64,000 bases of DNA from Candidatus Daviesbacteria bacterium GW2011_GWA1_41_61. GTDB taxonomy: Bacteria; Patescibacteriota; Microgenomatia; Daviesbacterales; UBA10151. The position numbers were made by a program, and so were the translations under genes. The notes beneath the pieces were generated by a model. It saw only the letters and a list, made by a program, of their open reading frames with translations, did no database searches and was not told the origin of the DNA. The stretch is taken from contig LCBT01000003.1 of the NCBI GenBank assembly GCA_000997385.1, positions 128,892 through 192,891 on the forward strand. The letters are read 5' to 3'. Positions 47,987 through 56,430 of this stretch are shown piece after piece; positions within the stretch are counted from its first letter, which is position 1; each line of letters opens with the position of its first letter.

Positions 47987-48229
47987 TTATTTAACCTCTT
48001 GGAGGTTAACATTGACCCGCAGTTTGGAGTTTTCGGCAATAGCCCGGGTAACGAGAATTCTTCTGATGGCTTTGATGGTTTGACCGCTTTTTCCTATAAC
48101 CATGCCCATATCTTCGGGATCTATCGTTAAGTTAAAGTTAAGGGTATTATCTTGTGTTTCCTCAGTAATTTCCACTGCCTCAGGTTTGAAGACTAAGCTC
48201 TTAACAATATATTCAAGTAAATCCTTCAT
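47987..48229 (-). CDS. KH-domain RNA-binding protein (YlqC/UPF0109 family)
   Basis: ORF track 47987..48382. The likely true start is MKDLLEYIVKSLV at 48229. The KH GxxG motif is VIGKSGQTIKAIRRIL. It has the conserved position between rpsP and trmD. Confidence 0.7.
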   Translation of the reverse strand: MKDLLEYIVKSLVFKPEAVEITEETQDNTLNFNLTIDPEDMGMVIGKSGQTIKAIRRILVTRAIAENSKLRVNVNLQEVK

Positions 48230-48233
48230 TAAT

Positions 48234-48602
48234 TTATACTTCTTCCTTTTTTGGTTCTTCTGAAGGAGTTTCTGCTTCAGACTCCTGAGCTTCCTTTGCA
48301 GGTTCTTGGGCAACTGCAGATTCTGCTTTCTTTTCTTGGGCTTTTTTAGGCTTTCTGGGGGGTTTTTGAGGGGCTTTACCAATAATCCTTAAGTATCCAT
48401 CAGAGGGGACTGCTCCATGCTCCATCCAGTAATTAATCCTTTCCTTTTTTAAGATAATTTCTTTAGGTTCAGTTAAAGGGTTATAAGTTCCCAAAAGTTC
48501 CAGATATGCTCCGGTTCTTTTTCTTCTTTCATCAACAGCTACCACCCTGTAAAAGGGTCTGCTTTTAGCACCTATTCTCATCAGTCTGATCTTTACCGGC
48601 AT
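48234..48602 (-). CDS. rpsP: 30S ribosomal protein S16 with Lys/Glu-rich C-terminal extension
   Basis: ORF track 48234..48638. The likely start is MPVKIRLMRIGAKSRPFYRVVAVDERRKRTG at 48602. The tail is ...KPPRKPKKAQEKKAES...EEPKKEEV. Confidence 0.85.
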   Translation of the reverse strand: MPVKIRLMRIGAKSRPFYRVVAVDERRKRTGAYLELLGTYNPLTEPKEIILKKERINYWMEHGAVPSDGYLRIIGKAPQKPPRKPKKAQEKKAESAVAQEPAKEAQESEAETPSEEPKKEEV

Positions 48603-48665
48603 GGGCAAAAGTATAACCGATATCTTACTTTGATTCAAGGGAGAAGATATTAAGGGTTAACTAAA

Positions 48666-49355
48666 TTATTTGGTGAGTTTGATGAGGGCTTCTTTGGCTG
48701 CTTCTTCTTCTGCTTGTTGCTTGCTGGAGCCTGCTCCTTGTCCTATCTGTTCCCCTTGGACAAAAACTCCGACTGTAAATTGTTTAGCATGATCAGGACC
48801 TGAGGTTTGTAAAATTTTATATTTAGGGGAAGTTTGCAGTTTATTTTGAGCTACCTCCTGCAGCTGGCTTTTAGGGTCCCTGGGAGCCCCTTTTTCCACC
48901 TCTTGAACAAAAAGTGGTAAAAGTGTAGCCTCAACAAATTTTCTGGTTGGCTCTAATCCTAAATCCAGAAAAATAGCCCCCAAAAGGGCCTCATAAGTGT
49001 TAGCCAGCAGTTGGGAGTTATCCCTGCCTCCAGACAATTCTTCTCCCCTGGATAATTTTAAGTAATGCCCTAAATTAAGTTGTTTGGCTACCCTGGCTAA
49101 ACTGTCAGTTTTAACAATATAGGCCCGAAGATTAGTCAGATCCCCTTCTTTGTCTTGGGGTCTGATCTCAAACAGATAGGAAGAGATGATAAAAGATAAA
49201 ACTACATCCCCTAAAAACTCTAATCTCTCGTTGGATTCTATTGCTACTTTGACTTCATTTAAAAAAGAACGGTGAGTAAAAGCAGTCCGATAAAAAGCTT
49301 CCTTTTGAGGCCTTAGCCCATATCCCTCTAGAATTTTACGAAACTCGATATTCAT
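48666..49355 (-). CDS. rnc: Ribonuclease III
   Basis: ORF track. ERLEFLGDVVLSFIIS is the RNase III signature, and a C-terminal dsRBD is present. Confidence 0.9.
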   Translation of the reverse strand: MNIEFRKILEGYGLRPQKEAFYRTAFTHRSFLNEVKVAIESNERLEFLGDVVLSFIISSYLFEIRPQDKEGDLTNLRAYIVKTDSLARVAKQLNLGHYLKLSRGEELSGGRDNSQLLANTYEALLGAIFLDLGLEPTRKFVEATLLPLFVQEVEKGAPRDPKSQLQEVAQNKLQTSPKYKILQTSGPDHAKQFTVGVFVQGEQIGQGAGSSKQQAEEEAAKEALIKLTK

Positions 49356-49387
49356 AATTGCTTACCTTTTGGCTGATCGGCAGGAGA

Positions 49388-49624
49388 TTATTCTAATGAT
49401 TTATCTTCGATTAGCTCTATTAGGTCACTCACAGTTTTTATCTGTTGAGCCTCAGCAGGTTCAAAGACAATATTGAAACGGCGGGCTAGATACTCTAATA
49501 GGTCAGCCACTTCCACGGGATTTAAACCCAGATCATCCTGCAGATGAGACTCTGGATCAATATCCGGGGCTGGTAAAGTTAAAGCTTCACCGATAGCTTC
49601 GATGATCTGTTTTTGGTCAATCAT
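49388..49624 (-). CDS. Acyl-carrier-protein homologue lacking the phosphopantetheine-attachment Ser (DSL replaced by LNP)
   Basis: ORF track. It aligns to ACP (IIEAIGEAL...DDLGLNPVEVADLLEYLARRFNIVFEPAEAQQIKTVSDLIELI versus ...[21 protein letters not shown]...). The acpP-rnc adjacency is conserved, but the Ser is Asn here. Confidence 0.6.
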   Translation of the reverse strand: MIDQKQIIEAIGEALTLPAPDIDPESHLQDDLGLNPVEVADLLEYLARRFNIVFEPAEAQQIKTVSDLIELIEDKSLE

Positions 49625-49681
49625 AATTTCTTTTTTCCCTCCTTATTCTTTTTTATAGATTATTGCCTCTTCTGTCAACAC

Positions 49682-50050
49682 TCATTTGTTAATTTCATGT
49701 TTACTGATGATATTACCTAAGACTCCATTGATAAAGCTGGGGCTGGAATCTGATCCAAACTCTTTGGCCAGTTCAACTGCTTCATCAACCACTACTTTAA
49801 AGGGAGTATCTTTCTTTATTAAAAGTTCAAAGATTGCCAGACGCAAAATTGCTAAATCCAGCCGGTTAATTTGTTTTAAAGGCCTGTCGGAAGCTGCCTG
49901 CTCAATGGCTCTGTCTATTTGATCTAAGTTTTTAACTACCGCTGTTCCTAACTCTGTCTGGGGATTAATTTTAGGCTGAAATTCCCAGGCAAAAAGATCT
50001 TTTATCGCCTTGACTCTTTTGAGATGGCGGGGATCCTGGGAAGTCTTCAT
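49682..50050 (-). CDS. nusB: Transcription antitermination factor NusB
   Basis: ORF track. INRLDLAILRLAIFEL and FINGVLG are present. Confidence 0.85.
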   Translation of the reverse strand: MKTSQDPRHLKRVKAIKDLFAWEFQPKINPQTELGTAVVKNLDQIDRAIEQAASDRPLKQINRLDLAILRLAIFELLIKKDTPFKVVVDEAVELAKEFGSDSSPSFINGVLGNIISKHEINK

Positions 50051-50251
50051 CTAGGCTTTTACTACCTGGACATTGGTCTTTCTTTTGACCTGCCTTCCCT
50101 GATAAAAGCCGCAGTGCTGGCACACCTGATGGGAAGGTGTTAACTCTTTGCAATGAGAGCACTTTATTAAACCCAGGCTGACTAACTTAATAGCTGCTCT
50201 TCTGGTTCTTTTTCTTGCTTTACTATGTCTTCTTTTTGGTTCTGCAGGCAT
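50051..50251 (-). CDS. rpmF: 50S ribosomal protein L32
   Basis: ORF track. It has a basic N-terminus plus the CxxC...CxxCG zinc ribbon (CSHCKELTPSHQVCQHCGFYQGRQV). Confidence 0.85.
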   Translation of the reverse strand: MPAEPKRRHSKARKRTRRAAIKLVSLGLIKCSHCKELTPSHQVCQHCGFYQGRQVKRKTNVQVVKA

Positions 50252-50260
50252 AGAAACTTC

Positions 50261-52303
50261 CTAATCTGGTGATACAGTTTGTGCTAAACTAGACAATTTT
50301 GCACGAAGCTTAGGGTATTTGTCAAGATCAGGGTTTTGCTCTAGGATTTTAGTTGCCGCTTCCCGGCTTTTTTCTATTAAACTTAAGTTGGAAAAAGAAG
50401 CTATTTTTAAATTCCATCTGCCGCTTTGTCTGGTTCCAAAGATTTCTCCACTGCCTCTGATTTTAAGATCAATTTCGGAAAGTTTAAGCCCATCGTGGAT
50501 GTGTTCTAGGTTTTTTAACCTGTTAATGGCTGAAGCATTTTCCTCCTCAGAAAACAAAAAAGTATAAGATTGCTCAGATCCCCTGCCTACCCTGCCTCGG
50601 AGTTGGTGCAGTTGGGCTAAACCAAACCGCTCTCCCCCTTCAATCAGCATAATAGTAGCATTAGGCACATCCACTCCTACCTCTACTACTGAGGTAGAGA
50701 CTAAGATATCAATCTGAGCATCTTTAAACTGGTTTAAAACCTCTTCTTTGTCTTTGGATTTGAGTTTTCCATGGAGTAGCCCTAATCTAAGGTGAGAGAA
50801 AACTTCCTTTTTAAGTCTTTCAAACTCTACTTTGGCAGCTTTAGCCGAAAGGATGGTTTCTGACTCTTCTATTAAAGGGGTAATAATATAAACTTGTTTG
50901 CCTTCTTTGACTTGAGCCTCAATAAATTTATAAGCATCAGCTCTTTTATAGGCAGGGACAAAATGAGTTCTAACTTCCTTTCTGCCCTTAGGCAGTTCAT
51001 CAATAACAGACATGTCTAAATCTCCATGGATGGTTAAGGCTACAGTTCGAGGAATTGGGGTAGCAGTCATGGTTAAAAAGTGAGGGATTTTAGCTTTACT
51101 TCTAAGCAAAGTTCTCTGCTCCACTCCAAACCTTTGTTGCTCATCTATCACTATTAACCCAATGTTATCTATTTCCAGGGTTTTAGAAAGCAAAGCATGG
51201 GTACCAACGATAACATGAGAACTACCCTGCAAAATTTTTCTGCTGCCTGTATAAATCCCCACCTCTAGACCATAGGGAGCTAAAAGGTTAGTTAAAGTTT
51301 GACAGTGTTGGAAAGCTAAGATCTCTGTGGGAGCCATAAGTAAAGAGTTGAGCCCATTTAAATAGGTTAAATAGATAATGATGGCTGCCACCACAGTTTT
51401 ACCTGAACCCACATCTCCTTGGACTAATCTGTTCATGGGATGTCCCTTTTGCAGATCATCAATGATCTCCTGAGTAACTTTTTTTTGGGCAGAAGTCAGT
51501 TCAAAGGGCAGATTTTTAACAAACCGGTTTATCTTTTCCTGATCAATCTTTAAGGGTTTAATAGTTTGTTTTTGTTGCCAATCCAGCCTAGCTTTTTGGG
51601 TAGCCAGCTGGATATAAAAGAGTTCATCAAAAGACAGCCTTTTTTTAGCTTTGGCAACATCATCAAAAGTTTGGGGAAAATGGATTAGATTTAAAGCTTC
51701 TGGCAGAGGTAACATCTCATCTTTGATAGAATTTGGTAAAGGGTCTCCTATTTGAAACAAAGCTCGGGGGAGTAAAGAAGCTATTTTTTGTCTGAGCCAC
51801 TTGGATGTTAAACCATAGGTTTCAGGATAAACAGGGACCAGTCTGCCGGTATGGAGGTTCACTTTACCCTCCTCTACTTTTTCCCAGTCAGGAGCTACCA
51901 TGGTGGTTTTAGAACCAAACCTGTCTATTTTTCCGGAAGCTCTAATCTTCTCCCCTACTTTAATATTTTTAGTCAGCCAGGATTGATTAAACCAGATAAG
52001 TTCCATAGAGCCAGTGCTATCATTTAAAGTAGCCTTAGTTAAAACTTTTCTAAACCTGGTATAGGTATTTTTAATACTCCAAACCTCCCCTTCCAAAGTT
52101 ACAGTCTCCCCTACTTTTACTTCAGAGATTTTAGAAACTTTAGAAAAGTCATCATACCTAAAAGGATAATGGTTAATTAAATCTTCTACTTTAAAAAGCT
52201 CCAGACGAATAAGCCTTTTGGCCAAGGTATAGCCTATCCCCGGTAAACCAGATAAAGGGGTGTTGAGTTCCATGAGCCAATTATACTCCTTGGGATATAC
52301 CAT
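50261..52303 (-). CDS. recG: ATP-dependent DNA helicase RecG
   Basis: ORF track. It has an N-terminal wedge domain. The helicase motifs are GDVGSGKTVVA, DEQQRFGV and QLHQLRGRVGRG. Confidence 0.9.
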   Translation of the reverse strand: MVYPKEYNWLMELNTPLSGLPGIGYTLAKRLIRLELFKVEDLINHYPFRYDDFSKVSKISEVKVGETVTLEGEVWSIKNTYTRFRKVLTKATLNDSTGSMELIWFNQSWLTKNIKVGEKIRASGKIDRFGSKTTMVAPDWEKVEEGKVNLHTGRLVPVYPETYGLTSKWLRQKIASLLPRALFQIGDPLPNSIKDEMLPLPEALNLIHFPQTFDDVAKAKKRLSFDELFYIQLATQKARLDWQQKQTIKPLKIDQEKINRFVKNLPFELTSAQKKVTQEIIDDLQKGHPMNRLVQGDVGSGKTVVAAIIIYLTYLNGLNSLLMAPTEILAFQHCQTLTNLLAPYGLEVGIYTGSRKILQGSSHVIVGTHALLSKTLEIDNIGLIVIDEQQRFGVEQRTLLRSKAKIPHFLTMTATPIPRTVALTIHGDLDMSVIDELPKGRKEVRTHFVPAYKRADAYKFIEAQVKEGKQVYIITPLIEESETILSAKAAKVEFERLKKEVFSHLRLGLLHGKLKSKDKEEVLNQFKDAQIDILVSTSVVEVGVDVPNATIMLIEGGERFGLAQLHQLRGRVGRGSEQSYTFLFSEEENASAINRLKNLEHIHDGLKLSEIDLKIRGSGEIFGTRQSGRWNLKIASFSNLSLIEKSREAATKILEQNPDLDKYPKLRAKLSSLAQTVSPD

Positions 52304-52332
52304 CTGGTATATCCCTGCAGCAGTAGTAAATC

Positions 52333-52983
52333 CTACTGTTTGTGTTTTTTTCTGAAGTGGTGGAAATAGATGGGGATGGCTGCTAGGATAATTGTGACTG
52401 CATAGAAGGTCAAGAGTGCTGAAGTGAGATTTTCAAATTTGGTAAAGATATAATAACTTAAAATTGTTCCTGGAATACCTGCTAAAAAGTTTACAGCAGC
52501 AAAGGTTTTAAAAGAGAGTTTAGTAAGTCCCAGTCCATATGACAAATAATCAAAGCTGCCTCCCTGAAAGACCCTTAAGATCACTAAACTAAAAGTTCCG
52601 GCATCGGCAACATAATGATCAATCTTTCCCATGGGAGTTTTACCAATAATTTTTTCTACCAAAGGCCTGCCATACCTTCTGGCTAAATAAAAGTTTAAAA
52701 GATAGGTAGGGGTAACTACTAAGTAAGCTAAAGTTAAAGCTATACCTGGACCAAATAAAGCAATCATGGTGATAACTAAGAAAAATCCACCTAAAGGGGC
52801 TAAAACAACAGTGATAAACTGTAAGATGATATAAACCAGGATTACAAAGGGACCAAAGCTGGAAAGCCATTTGGTAACCTCTTCCTGATTAGCTAAAACT
52901 AAGCCTTGAAGGTAATAAGAAAGGGTAATAATCAATATAAAAGGTAATATAAAAATCAAGTAAGGTTTTATCTTTAGCCACAT
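52333..52983 (-). CDS. DedA/TVP38 (SNARE-associated) family membrane protein
   Basis: ORF track. The polytopic pattern and the G...G motifs (LAPLGGFFLV...GPGIALTLAYL) are typical of the DedA family. The family assignment is tentative. Confidence 0.5.
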   Translation of the reverse strand: MWLKIKPYLIFILPFILIITLSYYLQGLVLANQEEVTKWLSSFGPFVILVYIILQFITVVLAPLGGFFLVITMIALFGPGIALTLAYLVVTPTYLLNFYLARRYGRPLVEKIIGKTPMGKIDHYVADAGTFSLVILRVFQGGSFDYLSYGLGLTKLSFKTFAAVNFLAGIPGTILSYYIFTKFENLTSALLTFYAVTIILAAIPIYFHHFRKKHKQ

Positions 52984-53098
52984 AAGCTGAGTATATCATC
53001 TATAAAGGAAGAGAAATTATTAGAAAAATACTTTAAAAGTTAAATACATTATTGTCTTTTAAGATAAAACAAACTATGATAGATCAGTAATTTTTCCT

Positions 53099-54376
53099 AT
53101 GGGGTTAAGAGAATCTCAGGTTGCTGAAACCTATCCAATTGATTCTGCCTTACAAAAAACTTCTATAAGAGAACAAGCCTGTGTTGCTATCTTAGGAAAG
53201 GGTTCTTTATTGTGGTGCGGAAGAACCAGAATATTTCCAGTGGAAACTGGTTTTACTTTAACCCCAGAAGAAGAATCCTCTACCGGAGCCTATCTTCAGC
53301 AAAGACTTCTTGATACCAAAAATTCAACTCAAGCAGAAAGAAAAGTTTCCGACCGAAATCAGATAATTGATCAGGGAATGACCGAGCTAGCAAAGTACTT
53401 GCAAGACACTCCTTTGTTAGTACTATTTGATAAGAGAAAGGAAGTCGAAAGGAATATTTTTCAAGGTATTCCTGCTCAATCAAGGAAAGGGAAAACTCTT
53501 TCTGTTAATGAATCTAATGAATTGCTTGGTTTAAAACGGGCCCAAAGGCTAGCGAGGCTTTATAGAAGTGGACGAATTGATTTAGACGATCTGACAAAAG
53601 CTGTTGAGGTGGTGAGCCTTCAAGATAAGTTTAAAGTTGACGCTATGGTTGGGGAGCTTTGGGCTTTAAAGAGAAATAAGGAAATTTTAAGGAAAGAGAA
53701 GGTTGCTTTAAGACGGTCTCAAAGGAAACAGGGAGTGCTAGAACTGTGGAATAGTTATTTTGCTCATCAGAGAGAGTTGGATCAAAACCTAGAACAAGTA
53801 TCTTGGCAGTTGACGGAAGCTCAAAGGCAACGGTTATTTTATGAGGAGATGAAAGCGCAGATGTTACGTAATTGGGGAAGTTGGGATGGGGTGAGTGTTT
53901 ATGATGATCAGATAGCAGAGTGTAAAACTAGAGCAGAACAATTGGGTGAGGAGTTTGGAGTTATTGGCTCACAAGTTCCACCTGAAGTTCTGCAGAGATT
54001 GGCTTCTCCAGTTTTAAAATGTAATGTTTTAAATCAATTATTGAGAAGAGAAAAAATAGATAAAAATTTAGGGGGTAAATTAGCTCAGTTGGCTTTGGCC
54101 AAACATGCTCAGATTATAAAGGAAGCAGAGGAAGCCAGAAAGGTAGAGGCTAGAGAAAGCTATCAAAGAATTTTAACTGCTGTTAGGGTTCCTTTGGTAG
54201 TGTCTGAAAGAGAACCAAAAAGAGCTTCTAGGTGGACAATCCCAGCTTTGGGAGCAGTATTAGGCTCTGTAATGAATAATTTGGCTGGAATTGTTGATAG
54301 AAAAACTCTTCAAAATAGCTTTCCGGCTAAAGGAACACTTACTTTTACACCCTATAGGTGGGAAGCTAACCTTTAG
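53099..54376 (+). CDS. Hypothetical soluble 425-aa protein, charged and helical, with no recognisable family
   Basis: ORF track. It has no TM or signal peptide and is Arg/Glu/Lys/Gln-rich with coiled-coil-like stretches. Its codon usage is AGA/TCT-rich and looks unlike the core genes, judged by eye. Confidence 0.5.
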   Translation: MGLRESQVAETYPIDSALQKTSIREQACVAILGKGSLLWCGRTRIFPVETGFTLTPEEESSTGAYLQQRLLDTKNSTQAERKVSDRNQIIDQGMTELAKYLQDTPLLVLFDKRKEVERNIFQGIPAQSRKGKTLSVNESNELLGLKRAQRLARLYRSGRIDLDDLTKAVEVVSLQDKFKVDAMVGELWALKRNKEILRKEKVALRRSQRKQGVLELWNSYFAHQRELDQNLEQVSWQLTEAQRQRLFYEEMKAQMLRNWGSWDGVSVYDDQIAECKTRAEQLGEEFGVIGSQVPPEVLQRLASPVLKCNVLNQLLRREKIDKNLGGKLAQLALAKHAQIIKEAEEARKVEARESYQRILTAVRVPLVVSEREPKRASRWTIPALGAVLGSVMNNLAGIVDRKTLQNSFPAKGTLTFTPYRWEANL

Positions 54377-54443
54377 ATTGATCTTACCTTTTTATTACCC
54401 TATTTTTATTCCTTTTTATCTTGTACTATAGTATAGTACAAGT

Positions 54444-55055
54444 ATGTTTGAACTTCCCGATCTTCCTTATGGCTATAATGCTTTAGAGCCTTATATTGAT
54501 GAGGCTACTATGAAAGTCCATCATGATGGACACCATGCCACCTATGTTAAAAACTTAAATGAAGTTTTAGAAGGACATGAGGAATTTTTGAAGATGGATG
54601 TTGAGACACTGTTAAAATCTTTAGATAAAGTTCCTTTGGAAATCCAAACTAAAGTTAAAAATAACGCCGGAGGGCACTATCATCATTCTATCTTTTGGAC
54701 CATGATGGCTCCTTCTGGTGAAGGTAAACCTCATGGAAAGTTAGCTGAAACTATAAACCAAACTTTTGGTGGATGGGAAGCTTTTAAAGAACAATTTAAC
54801 CACTCAGCTTTGGGAGTTTTTGGCAGCGGTTGGACCTGGCTTGTTTTGGACAGTGGTAAACTGGTAATAGTTAACACTCTTAACCAGGACTCCCCAATTT
54901 CTCGAGGGGAGTTTCCAGTTTTAGGACTCGATCTTTGGGAACATGCTTATTATTTAAAGTATCAAAACAAAAGGGCTGATTATATAGAAAGTTGGTGGAA
55001 GGTAGTAAATTGGGAAGAGGCAGAAAAACGTCTTGAGCAAGCCTCAACTAAATAA
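54444..55055 (+). CDS. sodA: Fe/Mn superoxide dismutase
   Basis: ORF track. It has the metal ligands H(26)...H...D...H (HHDGHHATYV, GGHYHHSIFW, DLWEHAYYL). Confidence 0.95.
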   Translation: MFELPDLPYGYNALEPYIDEATMKVHHDGHHATYVKNLNEVLEGHEEFLKMDVETLLKSLDKVPLEIQTKVKNNAGGHYHHSIFWTMMAPSGEGKPHGKLAETINQTFGGWEAFKEQFNHSALGVFGSGWTWLVLDSGKLVIVNTLNQDSPISRGEFPVLGLDLWEHAYYLKYQNKRADYIESWWKVVNWEEAEKRLEQASTK

Positions 55056-55068
55056 CTTTAGTTTTTTT
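55046..55068 (+). terminator. Weak AT-only hairpin AACTAAA-taac-TTTAGTT followed by TTTTT, downstream of sod
   Basis: Seen directly. It is a low-stability stem at a convergent junction with the aaRS gene. Confidence 0.25.
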
Positions 55069-55238
55069 AAATTATTTTCTAAAGATCTATTCCCGGCCAA
55101 TTAGGATTTAACTATAGTTATTTAAATACCCTGCAAAAGAGGCAGAAGTGAGAAAAGGATAATAGAAGCTCCGGCTATAACAGAAAGAATAATCCAAAAG
55201 ATTTTAAATTTTTTTGAATACAACATAAAATTATTGTA

Positions 55239-56339
55239 TCATTTTTTAGTAAATTTCTCTATCTCTTCTAAGGCAGTTTTTCTTTGGGGATCTTCAAAAT
55301 ACTTTCTGGCAGGTTCTAATTTAGCTATTAACCACTCTGCTACAGCTTGTTTTAGATCCTGAGGATGTAATTTTTTAGCTCCATAATCAGCCTCTAAATC
55401 TTGGTAGGAAGTGTAGTGTAAATCCCCTCCCCATTTCTCATCCCTTTTAACCACCAAAGTGGTGTTTGGATTATAAAAGATTAGATGCTTACACCAATCT
55501 AAAATGGGATTAAATTTAACTTCTTCCTCTGGAGCAAAAGCGTTATTTACTTTTCTTCTAATTTCCTCTGGGCTATCATGGATAAAGACAGCGCTGTCCG
55601 GTTTAGATTTACTCATTTTTAGTGCAGTTATCATGTCTTCCCGGCTTTCCTCAGGAATTGGCCAGACGGCAGGTTTAAGAAGACCTTGTAATAGATGATG
55701 ATGGATAGCCACTGGTTTTTGACGATTTAAATCTCTGCTGACGTCTCGTGCTACAACATGGACATTCCTTTGATCTGTTCCGGCATGGGTAATATTTACA
55801 CTTAAAGTAAAGATATCAGCTGCTTGCATAGCTGGGTAAAATAGACTAGCTGTATCGGATGATTCACCAGCTTGCCTCCCCATGATAGTAGTTGATCTTA
55901 ACATCCTGGAGATGGTAGTGGCTTTAGCTACTTTTATTGTGGTTGCCCAGAATTCGGGATTTTCTTTGTATATCTCACTTCCTTGTCTAAATATAAGAGT
56001 TGAAGGGTCTCCTCCTAAACAGAGATAAGCAGCTTTCATGGCTTCTTCAAAGTATAGACGAGCCATTTTCTGAGAAGTTTCTAATGTCCCGTCTAATTTA
56101 TTATTTATCCATCCATGCCAGTCTGCTAACCAAATAATTGTTTCTGCTCCAGCCTGATACAATTCTTTCACTTTTTGTAAGGTGGCTAATCCAGTTCCTA
56201 AATGAACTTTACCTGATATTTCAAAACCAATGTAATGCTTGAGCGGTGTTCCTGAGGCAATTAGAGCTTTAAGTTCTTCTTCAGTTAAAACTTCATCTAA
56301 ATTCCTGGTTATTAAATTGAACTTTTGCTCATCAGTCAT
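55239..56339 (-). CDS. tyrS: Class-I aminoacyl-tRNA synthetase of archaeal/eukaryotic type, most like tyrosyl-tRNA synthetase
   Basis: ORF track. HYIGFEISGKVHLGTGL is the HIGH-region analogue, IIWLADWHGWINNK fits, and KMSKS is present (ALKMSKSKPDSAVFIHDSPEEIRRKV). The C-terminus KLHPQDLKQAVAEWLIAKLEPARKYF strongly recalls archaeal TyrRS. Tyr versus Trp specificity is not fully resolved from sequence alone. Confidence 0.7.
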   Translation of the reverse strand: MTDEQKFNLITRNLDEVLTEEELKALIASGTPLKHYIGFEISGKVHLGTGLATLQKVKELYQAGAETIIWLADWHGWINNKLDGTLETSQKMARLYFEEAMKAAYLCLGGDPSTLIFRQGSEIYKENPEFWATTIKVAKATTISRMLRSTTIMGRQAGESSDTASLFYPAMQAADIFTLSVNITHAGTDQRNVHVVARDVSRDLNRQKPVAIHHHLLQGLLKPAVWPIPEESREDMITALKMSKSKPDSAVFIHDSPEEIRRKVNNAFAPEEEVKFNPILDWCKHLIFYNPNTTLVVKRDEKWGGDLHYTSYQDLEADYGAKKLHPQDLKQAVAEWLIAKLEPARKYFEDPQRKTALEEIEKFTKK

Positions 56340-56430
56340 AAGTTGGTATATAAATTATATCTTAGAGTAGTAACAAATAACAAACTTTTCTTTCTTCCCT
56401 CCTAATATATATTTATGGTAGGATAGTACG

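Noticed and set aside
49686-50162. ORFs 49686..49922 + and 49971..50162 - overlapping nusB and rpmF
   Set aside because: They are antisense or alternative frames inside conserved genes.
50319-50567. An antisense ORF in recG. The same applies to 52640..52870 in the DedA gene, 53280..53483 in the orphan gene, 55504..55698 in tyrS and 58051..58239 in the ABC transporter
   Set aside because: They are embedded antisense or alternative frames.
55138-55245. A 35-codon TTG-initiated hydrophobic minus-strand frame in the sod/tyrS spacer
   Set aside because: It is too short, has a non-ATG start and no SD. It is probably a chance ORF in AT-rich DNA.
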